DNA of 34,948 nucleotides, taken from the NCBI GenBank assembly GCA_008369845.1, contig MRSU01007319.1, positions 1 through 34,948 of the forward strand, given 5' to 3'. The notes beneath the pieces are model-generated. The model saw only the letters and a program-made list of their open reading frames with translations, was not told where the DNA came from and did not search any database. This document shows, piece after piece, positions 18,144 to 29,200 of this stretch (the stretch's first letter is position 1; each line of letters opens with the position of its first letter). This stretch comes from Trichomonas gallinae (lineage: Eukaryota). The translations under genes were made by a program, and so were the position numbers.

Positions 18144-20384
18144 TTAATGGCCTAAAAAGGCAGGATTGATTGTAGCAGTAAATGAAACATCCGTTTCTAC
18201 TAATCTCTGAGGTGAAGACTTAATAGAATTCACTGTCTGTGCGTTATTCTGTATTTCTATTGCGTTACATGTATATTTTGATTGTGTCTGTGTCTCATTC
18301 TGTCTGTATCTCTGAACAATTCGTTCTAAAGCGAGAATCTCTTTAGTTTTCTCTTTAATAATCGTATTCAGCTCGGAAATGCTCTTATCTTTAGTTTCAA
18401 CAGTTGTCACGTACTCCTCAACCAACATATCTTTGTCCTTGAGCTCAACACGCAATTTCTCGGACTTTTCATTCGCAATTGCAGCTGATGTCGAAAATTC
18501 TTCAATTTTCGCGTTCAATTCTGTGATTTTATCATGAAGTTCTTTGTTAGTAGCATCGAGCTGCTTAGCTTTGTTGTACTGCTGCTGGTAGTCATCAGCT
18601 GGAATCAGTTTTGTTAACTCTTGCTGAAGCTCTTCATATCTGTTACTCATCACTTCAAGTTTCGCTTTGATCTCGTTATACTGCTGCGTTGCCTTCTGAC
18701 TGCTCGCTTTATTTTGCGAGGCTTGTTTAGATGATTCATTATATTTCTCGCTGAGGTCGACAATAGACTGCCTGGCGAGAACCAATTCGCGAGAAATCTC
18801 CGTGAATTTTTCTAAAATTTCGTTAAACATTGTTTGATTGTTTTCTTCCGCGAACATTTTCGGCTTAATGAAGATCTGCAGAGCACTGGGCTCAGTTGGA
18901 GCGTCATCCATCGCCGAGTTGAAGAACCTTTTCGCGAAAATCACAAACATTACTAAAGATTTTAGTGTCTGAGAATTTTGGACACCAAATATCGACGAAT
19001 GCAGCTTTAATAAATTGCTTGTGAGCTTATGGGATGATTCTATGAGTGTCCTAGAGAAGTCTGTTCTTATCTTGTAGCGCTGTAGCTGTGCTTTGGTGAG
19101 TTCGTGATTTGTTTTAAGTTCCTTTAGTACAATTTCTAGTTTTTCTCGCTTGATTTTTTCTTCTTCGAACATAACTTGTTTCTTTTCGTTGATTTGGGCT
19201 GTTTTAACTATCTCCAGAGCTGTTTGAAGCCTTGCTCGCAGTTTTTGATTTTGAATTTGCAAACCGTTGATGACTTTTTCGGATTCCATCATTTCACCGA
19301 TCTTTGTCTTGATCAAGCTCCACTCTTCATCAAGTGGATCTTGTCCAACACCAAGCAAATCTGCAATTGCATCTTTTTCGATCGAAATATGCTCGAGAAG
19401 GGCCTTTGATTGAAGCAATGCGTGCTTCAGATTAGAGACACGATCCTTAAGAACCTCGCAGTCTTCGTGTGCATCGCTTAATTGATGAACTAATTTGTCA
19501 CGATCTTGGCTTTGCATGATTTCGTCTTCTAACTCCGATATTCTTGATTTCTGTTTGGATATTTTACTTTCAGCCTTAGCTAAAAGATCGTGTAAATTGT
19601 CTTTCTCGAGATTTAATTGATTAAGCTGTTCTTGCATGGATTGACATTGCATTATTGAGTCATTTAATGCGCTTTTCTGCTTTTTTCTCTTATCCTTCGA
19701 CTTTTTTTGTTTGATATTCATCTGTTCTAAAATTTGAGATTTTTCCGCTTCTTTTTCTTTAATTCTGACTTCAGCTGCAGATAAACTATCTTTAAGACGT
19801 TGTATTTCGCGATCTTTTCCTTGTAATTGGCTTTGAATTTGCGAGTTTTGTTCAGATATCGAATCTTTCATTTTATTTGAGTTTAATTCGATCTTAAACT
19901 TCTCTTCTGTAAGCGCATTTATCTTTTCTTGCTGTTGTTTAAGAGATTCTTGTGCAGATTTCGCTTTAGCTTTCCATTTTTGATATTTTTTCGTTAATGT
20001 CTCAATTTGCTGCGCATTTTGGCTCAGTTGAACTTGTACTTCATATGAATATGTTTGGTTTCGTATATTTGTCTCTATCTGTGTCAAATGCTCTCGTAAT
20101 TGCTGTTCTGAATTTCGAAGTGCTAAAATTTCGTTTTCGTATTCATTTTTTTCGAATGCAAATGCTGCCTCTTGCAGATGTATTGTTTCTTTCGCAATTT
20201 TGAGCTGTGCTTCGAGTTCTAACGATTTTTCCTGCAATTTAACAGATTCATGTATTTTTGTCTGAAGGCAATCGATGACATCGCTTTGCTGGTGTGAGTC
20301 ACTTATTGTTTTGGAGGCATTCAGCTGCTCACGCAAATAATCTGAGCAAGAACCAGACGAAACACGCGGAGACTCGCTCATCAT
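18144..20384 (-). CDS. Long coiled-coil protein of unknown function
   Basis: 746-aa ORF rich in E/K/Q/L with heptad character throughout and one central non-coiled segment (LKSLVMFVIFAKRF). Confidence 0.85.
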   Translation of the reverse strand: MMSESPRVSSGSCSDYLREQLNASKTISDSHQQSDVIDCLQTKIHESVKLQEKSLELEAQLKIAKETIHLQEAAFAFEKNEYENEILALRNSEQQLREHLTQIETNIRNQTYSYEVQVQLSQNAQQIETLTKKYQKWKAKAKSAQESLKQQQEKINALTEEKFKIELNSNKMKDSISEQNSQIQSQLQGKDREIQRLKDSLSAAEVRIKEKEAEKSQILEQMNIKQKKSKDKRKKQKSALNDSIMQCQSMQEQLNQLNLEKDNLHDLLAKAESKISKQKSRISELEDEIMQSQDRDKLVHQLSDAHEDCEVLKDRVSNLKHALLQSKALLEHISIEKDAIADLLGVGQDPLDEEWSLIKTKIGEMMESEKVINGLQIQNQKLRARLQTALEIVKTAQINEKKQVMFEEEKIKREKLEIVLKELKTNHELTKAQLQRYKIRTDFSRTLIESSHKLTSNLLKLHSSIFGVQNSQTLKSLVMFVIFAKRFFNSAMDDAPTEPSALQIFIKPKMFAEENNQTMFNEILEKFTEISRELVLARQSIVDLSEKYNESSKQASQNKASSQKATQQYNEIKAKLEVMSNRYEELQQELTKLIPADDYQQQYNKAKQLDATNKELHDKITELNAKIEEFSTSAAIANEKSEKLRVELKDKDMLVEEYVTTVETKDKSISELNTIIKEKTKEILALERIVQRYRQNETQTQSKYTCNAIEIQNNAQTVNSIKSSPQRLVETDVSFTATINPAFLGH

Positions 20385-20977
20385 TATTATTGTACGTTTA
20401 CTATGATACAGGCGTGCAAAATCTTAGACCCTGCTATTATATTTAAGACCCTTAATTATATTTTGAATTCTTAGACCCTTTAATTATTTTTATGGCCCTC
20501 ATTTAGATTGAAATCTTCTTCAACATTTTTGATTTAAATATAATAGAATCATATATTAGTTATCGGCTATTGATTGCATTTTATATATAAAAAATAGGTT
20601 TTGTCCTATGATAATGATTAATTTGAAAATATTTCACTTCAAAAAAGTATTTTCTTAGATATTCATCGTATTATATCCAATCAATCTCCATGTTAATATG
20701 ATGAACATCAATTTTTTTATCAAAATATTGTTGTTTGCAATCATAACTGTTAGAATTTCAGTGATTTATAGATAGTTTTATTAGTATTTCTATATAAGAT
20801 ATATACAGATTTTAATAATTGTATGTTATTGATTTAGAAGAATTTTGATCGAGAGAATGCTGATTTATCATCAAATTTCATTAATTACATAAAATTTTGA
20901 CACGTAAATATTAAATATGTCATGTAATTATGATTTCTGTCATATAAAATCATAACCGTTTAATAATTTTGACAAAA

Positions 20978-21175
20978 ATGTTTCGTCCTCCTCCAACAAT
21001 TGTTGAGATTGGCACAGATGAAGATTTGCAGCAGTTTCAAGAAATAGTCGAAAACAAGTCGACTCCTACTACACCGAACAACAAACAAAAAGGAATTTTC
21101 GAATCACCAGATGTTAAAATGCGCCAAAGACAAATAATTTCTACACCAACAGGCGAAATTTCCAGCCCTCAATAA
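20978..21175 (+). CDS. Small protein, candidate APC/C subunit Cdc26/APC12
   Basis: 65 aa from ATG 20978. MFRPPPTIVEIGTDEDLQQFQEI resembles the Cdc26 N-terminus M(L/I)RR.PT.L(E/Q)L..DD..EF. It is GC-elevated relative to its flanks and has a disordered S/T-P tail. Confidence 0.6.
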   Translation: MFRPPPTIVEIGTDEDLQQFQEIVENKSTPTTPNNKQKGIFESPDVKMRQRQIISTPTGEISSPQ

Positions 21176-21268
21176 TAATATACATTGTTTGTTTTATAAT
21201 AATAAAAAAAAATTTTTTTTAAATAAAATCTATAATAAATCTTTATAAATATAGCAATAAATATGTCT

Positions 21269-22693
21269 CTATTTGAGGAGGAGGTCGATCTTTCCAATCA
21301 ATTTCGCCGCACGCCTCTGTTCTCTAAGTTCTTCGCCAATCTTTGAGCTGAGCTCATCAAACATCTTTCCGACAGCAGGAACGTCACCTATGACCCTTCT
21401 ATATATTCTTTCGAAGACAATAACAGCTTTGAGAACAACAGAATTCCATGTTGGATTCGAAACGTTGTTAATCAAGAATTTAAGGAGTGGCTGGACACCT
21501 AGAGCGTCTCTACCAGCAATGGCAGCATCTAAACCGCCCAATCTGTCGAGTTCGTCGATCATTCCAATTCCAATTGCAGGATCTGACTCTTTTAACGCGT
21601 AATCGAGTGCCTCTGCGAATTCGAAGCGAAGAAGGCACTGATTCCACTTCTCTTTACGCTGGTTAACCGGTGGTTTAAAGACTCTAAAGTTTGCCGGCAT
21701 TTGAACTTGGGGTCTCTCTACTTTTCCTGGCCTAATTGCCGGCAAATGGCGAATCTGCACAACACCACCTGAAAGGGCGCACGCGAATTTCGTTGCATCA
21801 GGAAGAGCATCAAAACTTACGATATCTGAATGCATTTTAATTGTACATAGAGTAGTGAAAGACGCTGGGTCGACAACCTTGATTGATCTGTCTGCTGATG
21901 CAGTGACTAAATTCGATCTGGCAATTGTTAATCCAACAATTGGTCGATTATGTAGTGTAAATGTTCCAACTTTCGAGATTTTAGCGAGAATATCGATAGC
22001 AACGATGTTTTCCGCAGAAGCAGCAAAGACTCTTCTGCCTTTTGCGATGATATTTGAAATTGGATTTTCTGTTTCGATTGAGCCGATCTTTTCACCGCTG
22101 TTTAAGTCCCACACAGCGATTGTCTTATCATGGGAGCCAGAAACCCATATATTGCCTGAGTCTAAAGGAATGATTGAAGAAACTGCATCTTGATGCGCTT
22201 TAATTACAACGACATCCTTCGCTCCAGCGACGTCAAGGATCTGTATGGTTCCGTCTCCGCATGCTGCGACGACTGAATTTGAAAAAGGCGAAAAAGCTAA
22301 ATCGTGAATTACTCCAGCGTGCAATTTATAACGTCTAAGTAGTGTCTGGTGGTCTTTTGTAGGATATATATCAACAGTACCATCCTGTCTTCCAAGAGCA
22401 ATCAAAATTCCGTCTGATCTGAATGAAACTGCGGAAAATGGCGCTTTTGTCTTAGCAAAGGCCCATTCTTGATTGTATGATTTGCCGTTGATCCACGGAC
22501 CTGTGAGTCCTGATAGAACAACTAATGGATTTGGTTCGTTTGGAGAGAATTTAATTTGATTTATCGCAGAATTAAACTGAATAATCTTTGTCTCTGTTAG
22601 TTTCTGCCAAATTGCGGACTCTTCGATCTCCTCCTTGCTGCGTGTTTCGCCTACAACAAAAGGAACAGCGCCAACATTGTTAAAGACTTTCAT
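21269..22693 (-). CDS. UTP15: U3 snoRNP/SSU processome subunit UTP15 (WD40 plus UTP15 C-terminal domain)
   Basis: FRSDGILIALG and LLRRYKLH; WD repeats (SGSHDKTIAVWD, TASADRSIKV); C-terminal EALDYAL...DELDRLGGLDAAIAGRD...PLLKFL. Confidence 0.85.
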   Translation of the reverse strand: MKVFNNVGAVPFVVGETRSKEEIEESAIWQKLTETKIIQFNSAINQIKFSPNEPNPLVVLSGLTGPWINGKSYNQEWAFAKTKAPFSAVSFRSDGILIALGRQDGTVDIYPTKDHQTLLRRYKLHAGVIHDLAFSPFSNSVVAACGDGTIQILDVAGAKDVVVIKAHQDAVSSIIPLDSGNIWVSGSHDKTIAVWDLNSGEKIGSIETENPISNIIAKGRRVFAASAENIVAIDILAKISKVGTFTLHNRPIVGLTIARSNLVTASADRSIKVVDPASFTTLCTIKMHSDIVSFDALPDATKFACALSGGVVQIRHLPAIRPGKVERPQVQMPANFRVFKPPVNQRKEKWNQCLLRFEFAEALDYALKESDPAIGIGMIDELDRLGGLDAAIAGRDALGVQPLLKFLINNVSNPTWNSVVLKAVIVFERIYRRVIGDVPAVGKMFDELSSKIGEELREQRRAAKLIGKIDLLLK

Positions 22694-23246
22694 CGAAATT
22701 TTTTTGTTTTTGTCTTTTTTACTATATTAGTTTTTATTATAGATTTATCTGTTTTATCATCTAAATATTCATTATTTTCAAAAATTTTGGACTTTTCTCC
22801 AATTTTGCAATTTTTATCAAAAAATCAGTATGGTATTCTAAAAACTCAAAATCATTCAAACATATGATAATTCTACTTCTATACTTATGATACTCAATAG
22901 ATTATAATAATTTTTTTTCTCGAACAATTGATCATCATGATAAATCATTATGGAAGTATTATATCATTCTCCACTTTTTGAAATCAATATTAGCATGATC
23001 TATTATATCTAAATAATATATATAAACAATGATATCATGATGAAATAAATATAAAAATTGTTTTTTTTTTTTTTATATCAAGTACAGCGTAAGAAATCAT
23101 GATATGCGAGCATATGGCTGATAATATCGATCTTATCATATATTAAGCATCATTGCTGAATAAATTAGTCATCAATTCAATAATGGTGCTTATTCATAAT
23201 CATGATGAGTTAAAAAATAACGATAAATATTTATAAAAAATATATA

Positions 23247-26200
23247 TTAGTGCTTCTTGAGTTCAGAAGCGAGTTTTGCATGCCATGGCTCATCTGGCCA
23301 CATTTCGGCAGCCTTAATGATCGATTCTTTCTGCTTTTGATCATGTGTGTTCATTGCAATAGTCATAGTAAAGGCAAACAATCCGTCTAATGGCGCGTTT
23401 GACATCGGCTCCAATCTCCATGGCCTGTCTAAAACTTTCTGCTCGTCTAGTGTCGCGAACAGTGGTGCCAAGTTTGCTGGTCTAATGATATTTCTGTTGA
23501 CTTCTATGAGAATGTTCAATGTAGCTCTAATGTCAGCGAAAGCTTTCGTCTCCTTGAAGTGCTCAGACATCTCAAGGCCGACGTGTTTCAACAACTCAGG
23601 TGGTGGAGGTGTGTCCATCCACAACTTGAGAATCAACAACAACAAGTTTGAGATCCATTCATCTCTTTCCTTATCTGTTAATTCGCCTCCTAATATTCCA
23701 ACATTTGTGAAAAGACCTGGAAGGTCATCCTTAGCGAACTCGAAAATAGACATCAAAATCTTGATGACCAAATTCCTGCCGCGTTTAGCGTTCTTAGCCA
23801 ATGTGAAATACTTAGTGACGATCTTCGGGTCTTTGAGCATTATATCAGCGACTTGGTTTGTTGCTTGATAAACCATGGACTGAACAAAATTCATGCTTTG
23901 CTCGAAATAATGCTCAGATGGAGAAAGCTCTGTAGCACCAACAAGCAGCGTTTTGATAGACTCTGTCTTTCCGAACAAATACGTTCCGTTTGCTTGGATG
24001 CAGTCGTTCTTGAAGAATGTCAAAATGTGGAATAATTGCGGTGTTGTTCCTTTCGACAAATTAAACAGAATGATCTTGTAAAGCCTAGAAGCATTTGCGT
24101 ATCTCTTAGAGCATTCTTGTGCGAGTTCGACAACAGCGGAAACAGCGCTTGGAGCTTTATTAGTTGTAATGACTTCAGCGACAATATTTGAAGCGTTTTC
24201 AGGTAGTATTGCATCAACGCCGAGCTTCGTCTTTTCAACTGCATATTTAAGGGCAGAGATATATGCCTTGATCGCGTACTCTCTGTGAGAAATCTTCTGG
24301 TCAAGAATATCGAATGATTTCCTGACAATATCCAAAAGATTTTCTAAATCTTTGCCGTCAGAATTCGCCAAAACAGCAGCTGTGCACGCTAATTCAATCA
24401 AGCAGATTGTGTGAGCATCGAATTTACCTCCAATGGCTGCTGTATCTTGTAGAGCCTTTGTGTATAGAGGAATATCAGCTCCAATTGGATTATTTTCGAT
24501 CAACTCTCTCAATGCATTCAAGAAGGGGAAACCTGGGAAATAGTCGAAGCTGCCTGCAGCGTTAACACTGACACCATGATATCTTTGCTTGGATAATGGT
24601 GGGATGAAAGTAACCAAGCGGGAATATGCTTTGACAGCGTTTTCAGTGGCTTTCTTCTTCATCACTTCAATGCAGTCTCCAGAAATCACTGTGTCCTGGC
24701 AGAGCAACAAAGCGGACATTAATTCGTAGTTTTTAGTTGCGAACTGTTCAAGGTTTTCGACGTTCATCAATGCTCTTACCATTCTTCCATATGCTTCTGA
24801 TGTCGCGAGGGAGCCTTTCTCGAGCCAACTCCTTGGAACGATGAATGTTGTCTTCTCACACAAGCTAATGATGAGTTCTTCGGAAATCGGTGAACCGCAG
24901 TCGATGAATTTCTCGACGTTCTTGACTTTGAGTTTCTGTATCAAGTTAATAATACTGTCGCCGATTTTTTCTGATGAAATGATCCACTTCATGAAAGACG
25001 GCGTGAAAACACTTTCTGGAACTTGCATGTTCACTAATGTGTTTATGATATGCGATGGATCGGTTATCCTCTTGAATCTGTCAGCAGAAGCACCATTTGC
25101 TTTATCTTTAACAAAGTCTGGAATGCTTTGAGTCACGAAGTTAATAAGAAGAGAGTCAATGTCTAACGAGTAGAGATATTGAGCGTGTTCTTGGTCTATT
25201 TCAGAGAAGACTTCGAATATCATGAATATATCGAATGAATTTCTCCAGTTTGCGAGGATATCGTGGCTGTATTCCATTAGCATTGCCATAAGAACAATTA
25301 TCATCTCATTTTCAAGTGGAAGTCTCTTGAATATTTCCTTCAACAAACGAGCGAGTACTAACCTGATCCTTGGCACTGGGCTTTGCACTAAGATGTCTTT
25401 GATGACTTCTGTGCCATTTACATCGAACAATTCTTTGAGTATTTCGAACATTCCGTTGTCGAACTGTTCTATGGCTTTGTTGACGAGTTTCTCGAAGTTG
25501 TCTGCGTTCGCTGAATGCGACAAAACATACATCAAGTAGTTGGCAATGCTTTTATGGCAGTCTTGCTTGTCGATGAGCTCGCAGACGAAATTAACGAATT
25601 CGTTTGAGAAATACACTCTGTCTTGAATTAATCTTTTGTTTTCTTTGATAATGGAATCCAATATTTGCTGATCTGGGACTAATTCGTATTTCTCGACAAC
25701 TTCAGCGTTTTCGTTTACGTAGAAGCAGAGATATGCACTTGTTCCGTATTCTCTGACAGCGTTAATTGTCGAGACGGCTTCTTCGACGGAAGAATTGCTC
25801 GCCGCTATGTCATTGAATACTGACCACTTGTCTGTCTTTGAGTAAGAGAAGTAGTGGCCGACGTCAGCATCGCCTTGGTGAACGACAACTCCAATAAGCT
25901 TAAATTTGCTGTCGTTGATTGTGAAAGAATCTGGAACATCGAATTCGGTGTCGATCTTGAATCTCATGCCTGTCTCGAGACTGAAGTCGAATCTTTTCAG
26001 CTGCACGATGAGATAAGGAGGAAGTCTTTCGATTGTTGTGTATCTCTCGACAGTGAATGGCTCTGGATATTGTTCGCTGCGGTACTCGTTGATTGTCTCT
26101 GGCGCGAAGAAAATTCTCAAAGAGTCTTCAATCGTTTTGATGTTCTTGATTGGGAATTGGAGTGAATTGAACGTGTCTGCGTTTGATGTATGGAAATCAT

Positions 26201-29200
26201 TGTTGACTCCTCTGAAGTGCGAAGCAGTTTCACCCGAAAACAGGCTGCTGATTGGATATGTTTCAAGCTTGAGGAATAACTGGAGCAAGAAATCATGAGC
26301 ATCTTGTTGTTCGCGAGGATTTATTGGCTGGTTATCCCAGTCCTTCCAGTGGCTGGCGAATTCGTGCATGTCGACGAACTTGGAATCGCTGTACTGCATC
26401 TTTGTGAACAAAACTCTTAATGCCTTTAGTCCTTCGTCTTCGAATTCTGTGGAAATTATGAAATTCCTGAATGGCTCGATGCTAAACAAAACTTGTAATG
26501 TAGAATTGATATAACATGTTGCTCCTAAGTTATTCAATCCGCATCTGTTTGTGTCTGCGTTGCGGCCTTCATCCAGTGGAGCATATCCCCATGGTGCGTT
26601 TGACGGGAAGTTGACTCCGAAGAGATTTATAACTTTCTCTTTGAATTGCTGAGATCTGTCCATCATAGACTTAATTAATGAAAACGGCGCTGCAGCAATG
26701 CAGACATCTTTGTTGATGCATTTCACGTAGTTGTCTATCATAAAGTCATCATATGAGTTGACTGGGAACTCAGGCCATCTTTCGCATAAATCTGCTAGGC
26801 AGAGCAAAACTTCTTTCTCTGTAGTATTGAATGATCTAAGGATGGACTCGAATTCGGACGCGTAAACCAAATCAACTGGCAAATGGCAGAATATGTAAAC
26901 GTGAGCAAGCTTGTCTTCTCTTGCAATGAAGATGTTCCATATCTCGTCAAATGGCTGTGACTTAATGAGCTTTGTGTCCAATAACTTCTCAACGAAATTC
27001 CTTCTGTTGTCGAAAATTAATTTGACGAGATTTTCTTTCGAGATTTTTGTTTCGAAATTCTTGATCAAATCAATTAACATCGATGAAAGCTGGTCGAATA
27101 AAGAGTCATTGGGGATTTCAACGAGCTTGACTAATGTGTCAATCAATTTCTCTGTTCCATCCTTGATGAGTTTTAGTGAAAGCAATCTTGAGTCAGGAAG
27201 CAAACTATCGAAATTGTTTTCGAAGATTTCTCTGACAGTCGGAATGATTTCAGCGCACTTTTCTTGGTTGCTGAACACGTATTGTATCTGATATAGATAG
27301 ATATATGGCTCATTGAATATTAGTTGTTGAATAGAATAATCATGTGGCGTTGGAAGCTGTTCTAAAACGTTTAATGCGTCTAAAGCGAAATTTGACTTCA
27401 ATAAATCCAACAATTCGTTGATATGGGATAGTAAAATGGAAATTGGATGGTTCTCCTTAGTGAAATGTGCTGATGCTGAGTATTCGTTTAATATTCTTGC
27501 TTCAATTTCAAGTGGATTCAAATCGCGAATGAAGCCATTCTTAAGGGCAGATTTATTATGATAGATAATGACTGCGGCTTCCTCTATGTCCAATTCTTTG
27601 GCAATAAGTGGCTTGAGAGTGGCAACTGATTCATGCCTCAAGCATTGAACTGTGAAGTTCTTAACTTGCGATGTAACTTTTATCGTAACTAATTCGTTAT
27701 TGAAAGAAACTTTGTGCTGTTTGAATCCGAGACTCAAAGGAGATATGTGATCATTAGCAACCTTCAAGCACTCATTGCATATAACAAGTGCTTCGTGCGG
27801 ATGCTCTTTAATGCATTTCAACGCTCTCTCAGTTAATATTGTCAGTGTTTGCGGCAGATCACTTTTTTCTTTGACAGATAATAACATCTGTCTTGCTTCT
27901 TCATCATCGTTCATTGCTTGCGCCCATAACTTTTCGTATGCCGCATCGATGACGCGTGCAATTAGAACAGGATCAGCAGCTGAATCTTTGACGTTTAGAT
28001 AAGAATGCTTAAGAATTCCTATCGTGCTTTTATCTGTGTTGTTTATAATGTTGACTATAGCATCATATGAATCCTCACCGCAAAGACAGAAGCCATTTTC
28101 AGGCAAAATCATTGAGAAGAAAGTGCATTTGAACTCATCGCTTAAATGAACGAATATCGCCTGTATTTGTTCTGAAGAAAAGAAAGCGTGAGACTTGGAT
28201 ACTATCGAAACTAGTTTTGTTACGATTTCTTGGTTAATTTCATTTTCAATGCATGCGTTGATGAGAGGTGATGGGAAGAAAACTGCTTTGGTGTTGGAAA
28301 GAACTGCATCGATGAATGATATGATTTTCGCTGTGAATTCTTTCTCTTTAGCTAATTCAACAGCCTGTTGAAGTAAATCGCCAAGATCTGTTTTTGATGC
28401 TGTGCGCGTGAGTATTTCAATGAGAGAAGGATCATCCTTGACCTTGCTCCATAATAATATTGAAACAGTTCTGGAATATTGATGTCCTTCCAAAAGTCGT
28501 CCTTGGATGGCTGGCGCTAAGTCAGGAATCTCAAGAATAACATCGGGATTCTTCATTTGCAGAGCAATATCAGCAAAAATGTTCTGGCATTGTGGAACAA
28601 TCGAAATATGTTGTGAATTAACAGCATTGTAGAGTTTGTGAACCAATTCGTTTGGTAAAGTTCCATGGTTTGCGAAATTGGTGAAAATCGGCTTGATAAC
28701 TTCGAAAGATTCGAGTGTCTGAGCGGAATTTATGATAAGAGATAAAAGTTCGATTTCTTCCGGACTTAATTGCGATGTTCCGCTCATCACTTTACCAAAT
28801 ATAATCTTAGCAAGGCGGAATCCTGACATTTTGACTTCAGCAATTTCAGATTTAAGAAAACGATGGATTACTGCTAATGCACATGATATTATTATCGGAT
28901 TTATAGTGCATTCGAAAATATAATCAAAAATTGTAATTATTTGCTTGTGATTTAAATTTCTATCATTATCAACTTGAATTTGATTATGAATTGCTGTGGA
29001 AATTGTTTGTGATTGTTGCTCAACCTTGCTGAAAACAACATTTGAGCCAAGATATGATGATAATCGACGTAAAATATCAAAAACGCAAACAAAATCATTA
29101 ATTTGTAATTCATTTTTCGAGAGTAAACCGAATAAGAATGTAGGAAGGAACTTGGATTTGGCGTGATTTGCAAAATCCATTAATAAAGTAGAATATGGTG

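Noticed and set aside
23037..23121. Box C (ATGATGA) ... box D (CTGA) snoRNA candidate
   Set aside because: The interior is a T14 run and AT filler, there is no terminal stem, and the boxes arise from the local ATCATGAT richness.
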